A stretch of DNA of 64,000 nucleotides from Balanoglossus misakiensis (Eukaryota; Animalia; Hemichordata): assembly GCA_040954595.2 (NCBI GenBank), contig CM082582.2:7876063-7940062 (forward strand). Direction: 5' to 3'. Numbering within the stretch: position 1 is the stretch's first letter; each line of letters opens with the position of its first letter. Position numbers and translations under genes: made by a program. Of the stretch, positions 45,300-57,700 are shown in pieces. The notes under the pieces are model-generated. The model saw only the letters and a program-made list of their open reading frames with translations. It was not told the origin of the DNA and did no database searches.

Positions 45300-48032
45300 T
45301 ACCAGTAAAAACTAGCACCATGACATCGGTATAATACAGCAGTTTAAGTTCAAGGGTGGGGTGTGCTTGTAAAGATGTGTTATTCATAAATTCTGCCGGA
45401 GTAGAGGGGTTACACACAAGACCACAAAATCAACCATAGACACCGAGTACATTTTTGTTACTGTCTGCTCTCTCTCCATCATTGAGGTCATCCGGTCACA
45501 TTTTGTGACCACACCCTGTGCCAAAAACAAAAGTGTAGTAAAGGTCGTTGACATGCCACACCCAAATTAGCCTGTTACAAAGAATCCTATATTTGATCCA
45601 TAGTTGGTCATAAATAACATTTGGACAAGACCAACCTACTGGTATACTGTGAACTTTCTGAAAATAATTTGTTTTTGGATATATACAGTATCATTCATAA
45701 ATTTTGGATCTGATAAGGGTTCTTTTCTCACACATTTTCCAACATTCATTCAATTTTTTTTAAAGGAAGTTGGATACACATTGCAAATTAACTACCAGGA
45801 GCTGGAAGTAAAAACAGGGCAGTGACCTCTATTAAAAGACCTGTGGCCGCTTTATTGACATACTAAGCTTTATTGTTCAATTGTAGAATAGCTACTACAA
45901 AAACAGCACTGTACTGGTACTTCCCTTTGCATAATTTTTGCTGTATTGATTCAGTTCAATGAAGCACAGGATTTTGCTTGGTCATAAAATTTAAGTTTAA
46001 CAACTTGAAAATTGATGTTTTAAAAGAGGTGGTTCCACTAGCAGACTTTGATGAGAGCAAGTCACAGTTAGGGAATGAGTTAGGTACGTCTGTTTACAAA
46101 AGTTGACTTAGAGTGTCAGGCGGTACTGCCCAACCTTGTAAGAATCCAGACATGATTGTACCAGGGCACTCAGAAATAGAGTTTCCCAATATAATGCTGC
46201 CCTATTGAATTCTATTCAAGCAACCATAGACTGAGGTTGGGGTATCAGAGGTCACAAGCTGTGCACTCCACATCACAGTGAATGGAGTGACTAGTCATTT
46301 TCTTTCTGAAACTTCCTTCTTGAAATCAGGTATTCCTGACCAGATCAGTTTAACTCTTTGTTCCAATCACTTAACTGGTATTCTTTGACTTTTAATATAA
46401 AGAGGGAAAAAATTTCCACAGGGAAAGTTCACAGCTGTATCAAAATGTTATCGATTGTTGTCATGGTAACTATCATGCCCAAATCAAGATTCAGATAATG
46501 CTGACCCATTTCGGAGAGGAGTGAATTTTAAATATGCATATTCATGTTTAATGATATATCTGATTCTGATTGGTCAATTAATCACATCACTGCCACGTGA
46601 ACAGTTAGATTATATGTACTGGTAGCATTCATTTCACAGCAAAATTGACCAAAGGCAAAGACAAATTTTACGCTGATATTTTTTTATTTGGCTTAATGTG
46701 CATATCACAATCACTATTTCTGAAATAAGCACCAAAAATATCTGTGTCAACAATGGCAAGAAACTGCTCAAAATGGAAAATAGCTTTTTACATCAAAATT
46801 TCAAGCACAGGTGATTTATAAATCCAGTGTTGTATGAAGTATAAGCATAAAGTATCAGACTACAACTTTGAGCTCTGGTAAGAGACACACACCATCAGGT
46901 TCAAGGGACACCACTGTTCTTACTGTTGGCCTTTGTCACCTTGTCACTGAAAGCCACATATCTTGACAGCAGCAGCTGTCCTTTGAAGAAACACAGACAT
47001 GCAGAGATAGGATCTGTTCCTAAGAATATGTCTGATTAGAATTCAATTCACCATGGCCACCTGTGGTTTCGTTAGACATCAAAGAATAGCAATTACATCC
47101 ACTTTGCGGTGTCCTTTAAAAAACAGGCAAGTACTTTGCCCAGGGTCTCTTTTCTAAACAATGGACCCTTTTGTTTACAGCAAGTCCTTCAGAAACAAAA
47201 TATCTCATAAACTATAATGAGAAAATCTGTAGGTTTTTAACTCGCGGCACACTTGTGAGATTGTAACAGAAGTGTGACCTCGGGACACTTCTCTGTGAAC
47301 ACAGCTCATAAATCGGCACACACAATCTGTAAACACCATAACTTTTATCACATAACCATCTTCAGGAAAACACATTAAGAGATGATTTGGCTCAACCAAG
47401 TCATTGTCATTAACAACATAATAATCAGATTTACACAAATCAAAAATGTTTATACATGTACACAGGGTCAATCATCAATACATAAAAATAAATATTCTTT
47501 TTAAAATTTGTTTAAGTTTTATAGCCTAGAAATTCTGAATTCGCTGAGTTTTTGTTTAACAAATGCACTTTATGCTATTTGCACGTCATAATTTCAAAAT
47601 CTATTGTGAGTGGACAAAACTGTGTACATTGTACCACAACAAAAATAAGTGTTTTAATAGCTGTGCGTGTCTACAAATTTCATTGGTGACGTTTATCAAC
47701 TTCACAAATTGTACTTTTCAAGGTTTCAAGGAACTTCAACAGCTGTCTCCAGTACTGCATGCTGGGATTGAAATCAGCTGATGACAGCGTCTGTGATGAA
47801 GATGAGGAAATATGTTCGTCATCCATCAAGCAGAATCAAGAAGTTGGAATTTGTAGGTGACCCTTCAAATTCACTACAATTCAAGATTTCGTCTCAAAAC
47901 AGAACAGACTACAAAAACTGCAGTTTGGTCAGACAAATACTGCACAGTAGAATAGGGGAGTACTGTGACTTTTGACCTCGAGTTCAAAGTTCAGAGGTCA
48001 GCACACGGGCAGCTCATTTGCATACATAAACT

Positions 48033-49787
48033 TCAACGGCAGAAGGGAGGCCCCAGGTACTTCCTGACAGTGACACAGCAACCGTGGGCTCGGAGCGGTT
48101 TGGGCATATGTCCCGCGACTTGCCAAGTATTTGTGTCCGGATCGAACACCTCCATGCTGCCCAGTGCCTTGTAATTCACCATCCCGCCGGCAACGTAAAT
48201 TTTCCCGCCGATGACCGTGGCCCCGAAGAGGTGTCGCTCCAAGCTGCACATGGTGACGTGCTCTTTGCATCCGTTCGTCTCGGGTCTGTACACCTGCATA
48301 CCGCTCTTACCCATGCCACTTAATATGTAAATGCTATCATTGAGCACCAATGCCGGGAAGTGCCGGGTTGCTATAGTTACTGTGTCGATGACCGTCCAGG
48401 AGTCGAGCTCCAGGTCGTAGCACTGCATAGATTTGAAGGTCAGTTGGCCGGGGGTGTAGCCTCCGACAGCGTACAACTTGTTTGCGTGGGAGACCGCGGC
48501 GGGGTTTCCGACCGCCACCGGAAGCGGCTGCTTCCATTCCCACTGGTCGGACAGCGGATGGTAGCACTCCACGTCGCTGATGCACGACCCGCTGTTGTCC
48601 TCTCCCCCTACGACGTAAATGGAATCGCCCAAGCTGGCCGCCCCGTGGTACTGGCGCGCGATCTCAAGCCCCGCGACCTGCTTCCACTGGTTGGCGCCCG
48701 ACTGGTAGCAGAACACCGCCCTGGTCACACCACCTGTGCTCTTGCCGCCCGTCACGTAGATGTCGTTGTCCAGGGCGACCACTTTGTAGGCGCTGACGTC
48801 GGCCGGGAATGGCGCCAGCAGCGTCCACTTCCTACTGGCCGGATTGAAGTACCGCACATCTGGCACCCAGGTGTTGTCTGCGTCGAACCCGCCCACCGTT
48901 ACCATGACTTCGGTCTTGGTGAACTCGCGCGGCTGCAGGTTCATGCAGTACACCGTCTTCGCCTGGACCTGCAGGCACTTTTGGATCTTCCTCCCCTGCT
49001 GCAGGAAATCCACGGCCACCGGCAGGCGCTTGAGGACCGGATCGAAGAGCTTCTCGTGCAGGAAGTCCGGGCTGAGGTACGGCGCCCGGACGGCCTGGAG
49101 GACCGCGGGCAACTCGGCCGCCCGCTTCTGGAAACCGTGGTTGACCCAGCGCATGGCCGCCTCGAAGATCTGGTCCTCCTTGGCGACGTTCAGTCGGTCG
49201 TTCTCCAGATACGCCACCGCCTCGTCCAGATTCAGCTGCAAGAACTCCTCGCTCCGCGTGACTCGGTGGAAGTTGGCCTCGGCGAAGCTCTTGGCGCTGT
49301 GGTACAGCTGGGGGCACACGTGCATCTCGGCCAGGTACTGGATGCCCAGGCAGTTGGACGGGTGCAGCTGACTCTGCAGGTAGTCGCAGCAGGCGCTGAC
49401 GATACTCTTGTACTGGAACAGATTGGCCACCTCCAGCAGCTCCTGCGCGTTGCCCGTGTTGATGACGATCCTGGACGTGTACGCGTACTCCAGCAGCTGG
49501 TCCAGCACCCCGACGCTGACGCTCTCCAGGGTGATGCGACCTTCTCGCGGCTCCTTCATCTGGCTGGAGAACATCGCCTTGAAGTACGGACTGGAGCAGG
49601 CCAGCACCGCCCTGTGGCAGGGGAACTCCCGGACGCCCACGCAGATGACGGTGTCCGTCAAACATCCCGACTTGCGGAATTCGTTGAGGCCACTCAGGAT
49701 CTGATTGGAGAGGTGAGGCTCGTGCAGAACGTGTTCGTGGTGACCGCTTCCATCCATGGTTACCGCGTCATCCTCCTGTTCCATCAT
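48033..49787 (-). CDS. BTB-BACK-Kelch (KLHL family) protein, intronless CDS, about 584 aa
   Basis: BTB (FPCHRAVLACSSPYFKAMF), BACK (NCLGI, EDQIFEAAMRWV) and six Kelch repeats (YVTGG, YVVGG, YAVGG, YVAGG). First ATG at 49787, downstream of an acceptor at 49815; probable non-coding exon 1 ends at 50755 (TAG|GTGAGT on the minus strand). Confidence 0.95.
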   Translation of the reverse strand: MMEQEDDAVTMDGSGHHEHVLHEPHLSNQILSGLNEFRKSGCLTDTVICVGVREFPCHRAVLACSSPYFKAMFSSQMKEPREGRITLESVSVGVLDQLLEYAYTSRIVINTGNAQELLEVANLFQYKSIVSACCDYLQSQLHPSNCLGIQYLAEMHVCPQLYHSAKSFAEANFHRVTRSEEFLQLNLDEAVAYLENDRLNVAKEDQIFEAAMRWVNHGFQKRAAELPAVLQAVRAPYLSPDFLHEKLFDPVLKRLPVAVDFLQQGRKIQKCLQVQAKTVYCMNLQPREFTKTEVMVTVGGFDADNTWVPDVRYFNPASRKWTLLAPFPADVSAYKVVALDNDIYVTGGKSTGGVTRAVFCYQSGANQWKQVAGLEIARQYHGAASLGDSIYVVGGEDNSGSCISDVECYHPLSDQWEWKQPLPVAVGNPAAVSHANKLYAVGGYTPGQLTFKSMQCYDLELDSWTVIDTVTIATRHFPALVLNDSIYILSGMGKSGMQVYRPETNGCKEHVTMCSLERHLFGATVIGGKIYVAGGMVNYKALGSMEVFDPDTNTWQVAGHMPKPLRAHGCCVTVRKYLGPPFCR

Positions 49788-51230
49788 CTTCTCTGTTTCC
49801 AAGGCAACAGTGTCTCTGAATATTTACATCAAGGTGATAAAAATCACCCTAAAAAGCAAAAATAAATATATACATGAGTTTAATTTGAGGGCCACTTTCA
49901 TACCTGACTATCTACAACTGACTTTGTTGAATGCAAACGTGTCCACAATGCAATCTGACCTTGTTAACAATCCAATAATTGGAATTTCCAAAGCTAAATA
50001 TATTCAGGGTTAATTTATCCCCCAAAAGTCAATAACACTAACTGAATTACTATTTACACTTCAAATTTCTAAATACCAGTTAACTAGGTTACTAATGAAG
50101 TAATTCCCTTCCTCTTTCAGTGCCATAGAGTTGGTCAATACTGGACTCAGGGCTGGGGAGAAAGGTGACTTATCCCCTTGGGCCCTGCAAGTGGAGGTCG
50201 GGGATTGGGTCTAACATCTTATCAATAAAGGTGTTGAGCCAATCCACAACCTCCACACAGGCACACTGTTGAACAGTCTCAAGGCCAGCGGTCTTTTATC
50301 ATTTTGTGAACTTTCATGACGGAAGATTGATCTCAGTCTATTACTGTAAGAAATGTTGACTCCCTGAAACGTACATGTACATGCATGCAAATTTTATCGC
50401 AAACTCTTGTTTTGAAAATGAGATGGGATCATGGCACTTAAACAACACACAGGCTAAATAAAATTGATCGATTTAAGTGCTTTTACAACATAAATCGTCA
50501 CGGTAGTGGGTATAGTGCACTCAAATTGTATATGTTTTCTTTTTTGGCGCCCAGTCAAAGCGCCAAACAAAAGCCCCCCCCCCCCCCGTCACAAGCAAAA
50601 GCAACAAAATTGCCAAAACAAAATTGCCTCTACCGATCTAGCAAATGTACCATCACCATGATCGTCATCATCAAGTGTACAGACTAGTCATCACAAAAAA
50701 ATGATGAACATGATAAACGTATATACTAATGGTGAACTTGAACTGCCCACTCACCTACAGTAAAGTAAACACGAGAGCTATCATCGTCCTTCCGATGAGC
50801 AGATCCTTCTATGAATGTGAGATAACATTTCAGTCATGATGCCAACAACATACAAGGTCGTAATTTGCACACAATTGGTGTCGAGACCGGCGCTGTGTCA
50901 TGCTTCGCTGGCGACTGTCTACGTCTACTCCCTGGCTCGGACTTCACACTCGACCAGCTGGCTGATGATGACGTAAACCTTTCAGGATAAGTGGAGAACG
51001 AAGAAGAGCGCCATCAACGATCTACAATGACGAAATACTTGGGTACTTGTTTGTGCAACTACTAGTATTAAGAATATTTTTGACGAAAGGATGAATACAA
51101 GTAAAAGTTTTAAATGGAAATTAAATTGACCGGTTTAATTTGTTGTTGTTGTAAGGTGGTGGTGGTGCAGGTGATGGAGTGGGTAATACCACGTGAGAAG
51201 AATAGAATAAATGGTGACCATGACGTATTG

Positions 51231-51244
51231 GTTTCCATGGAGAT
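51231..51244. promoter_or_regulatory. RFX X-box-like element upstream of the TEX56-like gene
   Basis: GTTTCCATGGAGAT about 100 bp before the ATG; a second copy GTCTCCATGGTTAC at 52253-52266. Confidence 0.45.
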
Positions 51245-51346
51245 TGTACGCGCCGGGCATTCTATCCGAACATATTCTCGGGGATAGCGTGTACAAGTTT
51301 AATACAACACAAATTATTGGCATCAGATGTGACAAACGATAAAAAA

Positions 51347-52713
51347 ATGTCGAAGTACATGGAAGATGCCCTGAGAATCCGACGTGTTATTCGCCATTCC
51401 CCGGCGAAAGGACAACGACACAAACGGCAGCAGACGACACTCCTGGATCAGCAAACGGCGGACAGGCGCCGGCAGACGACGCTGCTGGAAAAACCGGACG
51501 AAGTCAGCAAACGCCAGGTGTTTCACAGACTGGCGAACGTTTGCACACTCTTGCCAGACCCCTTCACAGAATGCGTGAGTGGAAACAAGGAAAGACTGGT
51601 CGTGGCAACTGTAGACAGCAATCAAGGAAATGGTAGTGCCTGTTTAGGATACTTTTCCAACCCAAAAAGTTCTCTTTTCTTGTACAAACTCTCGCATAAT
51701 TATGGCATACCCCCCCCCCTCCCTGCCGCTTAGATTGGCTGGGATCATGGACCTTTTGCATTTAAAAGCCAACTTTGTTTCATTTTGTAAGTTCCTTTAG
51801 GCGGAAATTTGTTGAAAAGATAACTAGGCCTACATGTATATCTTATCTGTCTTCGGGTAGGTCAGATTGAGTCATTTATGCTGTGGTAGTATAGCTTTAC
51901 TTAACGAAGCGTTATAAATGAGTTTAGGAAGGCAGGAATTTTTATCAATTTACACCCTTTCTCTGTGACAGCCGTGGTGTTTAAGAACGCGAGGGATAGC
52001 TACGTACCCAGTATACGGAGTGACATATGTCGGCGCCAGAGCGCTAGGGATGTCCACCAAGGAATGATAAAAAGTTACAAATCAGCCATCATGGTGGAGA
52101 CGGCATACAATATCCCGACCCTCACACCTGTACCCATGTTAAACGGCATCCCCAAATTCAGCGCCAGTGATCCATTGGCGAAAGCCGTCCGGAGAGACAC
52201 GAAGTTGAATCGACAGCAGATTCCCCTGTCAACTGTGGATGTCAGGTACATGGTCTCCATGGTTACGCTCTGTTTGGTCTTTTCCAACTGAACGATATAT
52301 TGTCCAAAGTCCTTGTTGGCTTCAAGCAGTTACAGGATGGCGGTAAACACCTTACACGTGATTAAAAGTATGAATAAGCAATGCAGTAATCAAGGTTATG
52401 GATTTATCTCCTTTTTAGGTGGAGAATTTTGCGAAACGGCGACGCGTACGGCCCCGAAACGATCCATGTCGCGCTTCGACCATTCGGCGAGATCGATCGC
52501 ATCACGATGACGAGCGCCACCAGCGCCCGGGTGGCTTTTAAATTCATGCAGTCGGCCTGTGAAGCGGTCAGTGCGAAGTACATCGGAAAACCCGTGAACA
52601 GACTTTGGTGTACTTGGCACCATAAGTCCATGATAAATAAGAAATTTGCAATGAAAAACAAACATCTACATGTCATTTTCGACCCGTTATTGACAAATAA
52701 TGTGATTAAATGA
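51347..52713 (+). CDS. TEX56/C6orf201-like protein (DUF4523, RRM-like C-terminus)
   Basis: Exons 51347-51574, about 51972-52245 and 52419-52713. VFHRLANVCTLLPDPFTE, PLSTVDVRW, LRPFGEIDRIT, SARVAFKFMQSACEAVSA and CTWHHKSM resemble recalled TEX56 motifs. The exon 1-2 junction phase is unresolved. Confidence 0.65.
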
Positions 52714-53266
52714 AAGAGGTTAATCAAATGTAGACAGCAAACAAGATGATAGAAATTAGTGTTCTTCACAAGATTTGTCCAAAATAAACACTTGTTTATT
52801 ATTCGAATGATTTTCGATCGTTTCTCATGTTTTCAGTCATCAGAAAATTAACAACAAAGGTTAACATGAAGTGCAATCGTTCAGATACATGTATTTAACG
52901 ACACGAGTACATTATCCGGCTTACAAGACGCAGCATCTGCGATCTTAGTATGCTAAAAAGCTTCTCAATCATATCAACCAATCACAAGCTTCGCAAAATG
53001 CACCTGGTGAATGGCACATTTTGATTGGCTAGTTGTCAGCCAGGTCATTTGTCAGATGGTCAGTGAGGGGCCACTTCCATCATTCGAAACTCAGTCTTTG
53101 ACGTACAAACACCGTGGCTGAAAGTACGGATAACAACGTCCTGTTCATTACCTGGACCATTTTCCGACAACCAAGTGAAAGTGATGGTCATGACCGTGAC
53201 GATACGGACTGGATTTTCCAAGATTTTGGTAGCCAGATTTGAGGTAACGCACATAAACCATCGGTC

Positions 53267-53520
53267 ATGGAAAGTGACGACGAAAATCGAGGGTGCCTTC
53301 TCTCCTTGCCTGCAGTCCCCATTGCGCACATTTTCTACTGTAAGTACCCAGTTTTCTGTCATTTTTTCTCGAAACATTTAAAGTTATTCTATTGATTAGG
53401 AATTTTAGATAGTACGCCAGAATGGTTCTGGTACCTTCAGGCGAAAACGTGTGTGAGGTAAAATTGAAACCCCAACCAAAGTTCGAGCCCAGCGCAGAGA
53501 TTACAGAGAAAAATGGCTGA
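53267..53520 (+). CDS. Candidate two-exon micro-gene (about 41-50 aa) with F-box-like start
   Basis: Upstream CCAAT boxes; GTCATGG start; MESDDENRGCLLSLPAVPIAHIFY; donor ACT|GTAAGT at 53340; acceptors at 53408 or 53440. Confidence 0.3.
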
Positions 53521-54792
53521 ACCAAGTGTGTACACCTGGAAGCACTTCTTCCTGGAGGCAGTGTTTCTTTCAAAATTAACAATAGCTAGCTACTAGTAAT
53601 TTGTTGTCTTATGCGTTGTGATGATGGTTGTTGTCACTGTCCATTCTAAAACTATTTTTTAAATAGATTTCTACTTCAATGAGCACACTTTTATATTTAG
53701 CACTTATTTATCATCAGTCAAAATTCGCACGGTAGCGTGACTCTTCCCAAGGTGACATTGTAGGGAATGATGAAATTTAACTATTTTAATTTTTGCTGAT
53801 ATACAGTAAAAATGAACACTTGTACGAATGTACTACAAAAAACTTGCATCTTTATTTGACTTTTTCTGTGATAAAGACAGCATCTACACCACTATGAGAA
53901 AATACCCATTAAAAAAAAGCCACTTACTATAAACAATAAAAAAAGCCACTATAAAAATAATAGAAATTAATATCCCATACCTTTAAAAATACCCAGATTA
54001 TTTTTTGTTTCTATTTAGCAAAAGTACATCACAAAGCATCTATACTTAAAAAAGTAATAACTGCTGAAGATGAGATATTTTGTAATAATAACCTATACAT
54101 GAGAAATATACATCAAGTAAATACAGATATACTGAAAACTACTGTTTAAAAAAAATATTACAGAGATAAGTAAAAGTCCCTGTAGGGATAGCTATCTGAA
54201 AAGAAATAAATTTATAAACATCTGAAAAATGCAGTTTGGTCCAGAGATGTGGCATTGTATCATGTTGATTCGCAACATAACCAAAACGTTTGATAGATAT
54301 GAATTGATGATGGGTTGGATTAAATGACAATCCAGAGTAAATGCTACGAGTATTATCTGAGGAACACTGGATATGTAATGTGCTTGATTAGTTCTGGGAA
54401 CATCGAACCGTGTCTTGTGTGTACTATATAACATTTTCATTCGTGGTTTGGGGTGTACACACATGAACATTTGCGTCAATGTGTTTATATATACCACTGA
54501 TCTTTGCGCTTGTGATATTTTTGTCTCTACTGTCATAGTATCAACAGTTTCTGTTTACATCAATGTTGTCAACAGATACAGAGACTGATCCCTATTCTTT
54601 GCAAAAAACACTTCCATTTTGTGTCACTGAGTAGTCCTGATGAAATGTTCTTCCTGGATAAATTTTCCATTCAACTTCGCCAGCTCTTCCTGAGAAGTAA
54701 AAAACTGGATAGCACCTTGGATTACAAGTACACGATAAGCCGCTTATGTTTTCTTCATTGTGTGGAAGTTAAAAAACCAGTAATCGCTGTGG

Positions 54793-57700
54793 TTAGAATT
54801 CATCGTGGGCCTGAAAGAGAGCAAAGAGAAATCTTATGTTGACAGGCAGTAATATCTATCACAAACCTCTGAGTAGACTATACAACCCAATATGGCTGAC
54901 CACAGTCCAATGATGACACAAGTAAAATAGTGAGTCCCCCGATGTGGTGGTTGTCACACTTGGCGAGCAAAACGCCACAACCAGTTACTGTCATTTGGTT
55001 AGTTGGGAACCAATGGTCATTGTCAATCAATCAATCTATCAATCAGGCAGTCAATTAATGAAATCAGCTACCTTACCACTTCCTAATCAATCAATCAGTC
55101 ATTCCAACATTCCATTAGATGTTGTCTGAGGGCATTGGGGCAATGAAACAGGAGATGGGTTTTTGAAGAGACAAGGCTTGCGTTTATCAAGATTCTGAAG
55201 AAAAATGTGCGATATTAATGGAGGGTGCACTCAAGGATATGGGATCTCAAAGTAGCAATTCCAATGTAGACACCATAAAAGATAAACGCTTTCAGGCCTG
55301 AGTTCCTGGCAACCTATCCAAATTCACCCTTAATATATAGGGGGACAGACCTGAATGTGTTTTTTTTATGAGGGCTATGATATAAATTTTAACGTGGCAA
55401 TAACAAACAAGACTTGGGTAAGTTTTTCATGATATGAAAATATTCTCTAGGGACACACATTTAAGACCAAAAAAATGTCTGCTTTATGTTTACAATTATC
55501 TCTTTGTTGACTGAAAAATAATCTAAAGTTGCAGTAAATGGGGTGGTGGGTTTTTGTAAATGGCAGATGGCTAAAAGGGGTCACTGACCGGCCGACCATC
55601 ATTATCTTTGATTGTTGATACCGAGTACTGATCACAAAGCAATTGATCTTTATCTCATAATTTCAATGATCTCACACTTTGTGAAATTGGTCCTTGGGAT
55701 CCATTAAGTCCAAATGATCGATGTTGATTTCATGTACCAGAGCGTAGATTTCGATCTGACAGCGATCTGATCGCTCTACTCTTACGGAAGAAAGAAATGT
55801 GCACTGTCACTGATCGCGTATCAAAAGGTTAAGACACAGATGGAACCTGTTTTATTGCACTAGCGGTTCAATCTCCACGCTAAGAAGTGCGACAGTCGTG
55901 CCATATTGGATCTAAAGTACATACAAAAATAACATAACCTATTTGTAGATTTAGAAGACTGCACCATACGGACGACAATATGGGGTCTTGATTAACATGT
56001 AGTTAACAGAGTAGGCAACCAGGATCTCTCAAACGAGACAAGGTCATGTCCGCGAAGCCTCATAACCTTCAGAGACTGATTCCCTCTGTAAGGACCAGGT
56101 CATCTCCACGGAGACTGGGTCATCTCCAAGGAGACCCGGTGATACTTACAGGAAGTAAATGATGGCATCGGCAATGTGATTTATCTTCTGGCTGATGCAC
56201 TTCCTCCATGCCTTCGTGAATCTTGGGCTCTCTGTTTTGTCTCTTGGCGTATTCCTGCAGAGAACATCAAACATTAAATATTTAAGGTATACTCAAAAGA
56301 GTCATTATGTGAAAGTTGCACAAGTGAAAGTAGTGTTCTCACCCTGAAAAGTTTGAAGTAGTAGCAGAATATGTCATTTGCCATGAGGTTGTTTCTGGCA
56401 AACTGCTGTGCATTCTGGGCAATTTGGTGTACCTGTAAAAGACATTGAACAAGAATGTAAATTGACATTTGTGTAGGATGCTTTACATTGCTGAGGTCAC
56501 AAAAGAAAATTCACGATTGTCCTATATATTCAGGTGCATACTACGTTTCAAATACCGAGAGCATCTCACTAACCTCATCATCGTGTTGTTTCGCCCACTG
56601 AAGTCTTTCCACAATGTCACTGAGGTCCTTCTTGAAGGGCACATAATGAACGCCTTCTTGGAGGTCCGGGTAGAAGTGCTCGTAGTACAACGATTCGTGT
56701 TTGAAAACCACGCTGTCCCCCGCCATGAGGTAAGGCAGTCTATAGGCCGCAACTGTGCCGTCCATGTTGATCTGGTATTTGTACTGAAAACGGATGAAAA
56801 TCAATTTATTTCAGTACAGCTTTATGGCATGTGAAATCATCAATCAACAAATACGTTTATGCTAAACAGTGACGTAGACATTTTCACATTTTGTCTTTAT
56901 TAACAAAACAAATTTTCAAGTTCAATTATTTTTTTAACCAAAAATGACAAATATATTTTAAATTGAACTCCCCACCAGCTATTGCTAAGACACTTTGGGT
57001 TGGATGTTTTTTGTCCCCTTACCTTAAAGAAATCAAAGAAGGAAATATGAGACACTTTTGGTCCATACTCCTCCATTTCATCCCTAAAGAAAAAGAAATT
57101 CGTCAGCGCTGCATCGATGAGGTCTGGACGCTCTCTGGATAACTTGACAAGGTTGAGTCTTTCCCGGCGACTGTCTCTGCCTCTCCAGAAACCCTTGGCT
57201 GTCTTGTTCTCCCAAGCCATGCCAGTGTTACCCTGCACTGACAGCATGTCCAACGTCACTCTGAAATCAACAATATGACATTTAATATCTCTGTGAAATC
57301 CACATCACATAAATACTCACTAGTAAAGACTAGTCAAAGAGAAAAAGTGTGAAATTTACAGGCAAAATTCACGATATATGTATGGAATAAATAAATAAAG
57401 AGATTTGGGGATTAAACTGAAAATGGTAAAATATGAAATATTTAGAGAAATCTACTTATGAGATTCATACAATACTTGTATTAATGAAACTGAAATCCAG
57501 ATTTACTACTGAGCTGAATACAACATTAGTTTTGATCACATAATTGATTTGTTAAATCTAGAGAACTCTATAATTAATTTAAAATCCAGATTTAGTTTTA
57601 GCAGTTTAATATATTTAAGCATCATGTCTATGACGTGATTAATCAATCATATGATTTTATATGATTTCAAAATGACACACAGTGGACGCACCTCCCCATT

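Noticed and set aside
48360-49865. 501-aa plus-strand ORF and 277-aa alternative-frame ORF over the kelch gene
   Set aside because: Stop-poor shadow frames of a GC-rich CDS; no independent coding signal.
43097-56290. Apparent 'encrypted collagen': segments (43097-44041, 50121-50345, 53056-53339, 54846-56290) parsed in 7-nt units read as Gly-X-Y if GG is inserted each unit and stop/Gly/Trp/Cys/Tyr/Phe codons are read as Pro
   Set aside because: The same rule applied to an arbitrary intron stretch (8401 onward) and to the antisense of a POGLUT2 exon gave equally collagen-like output. The pattern is produced by the decoding rule, not by the DNA.
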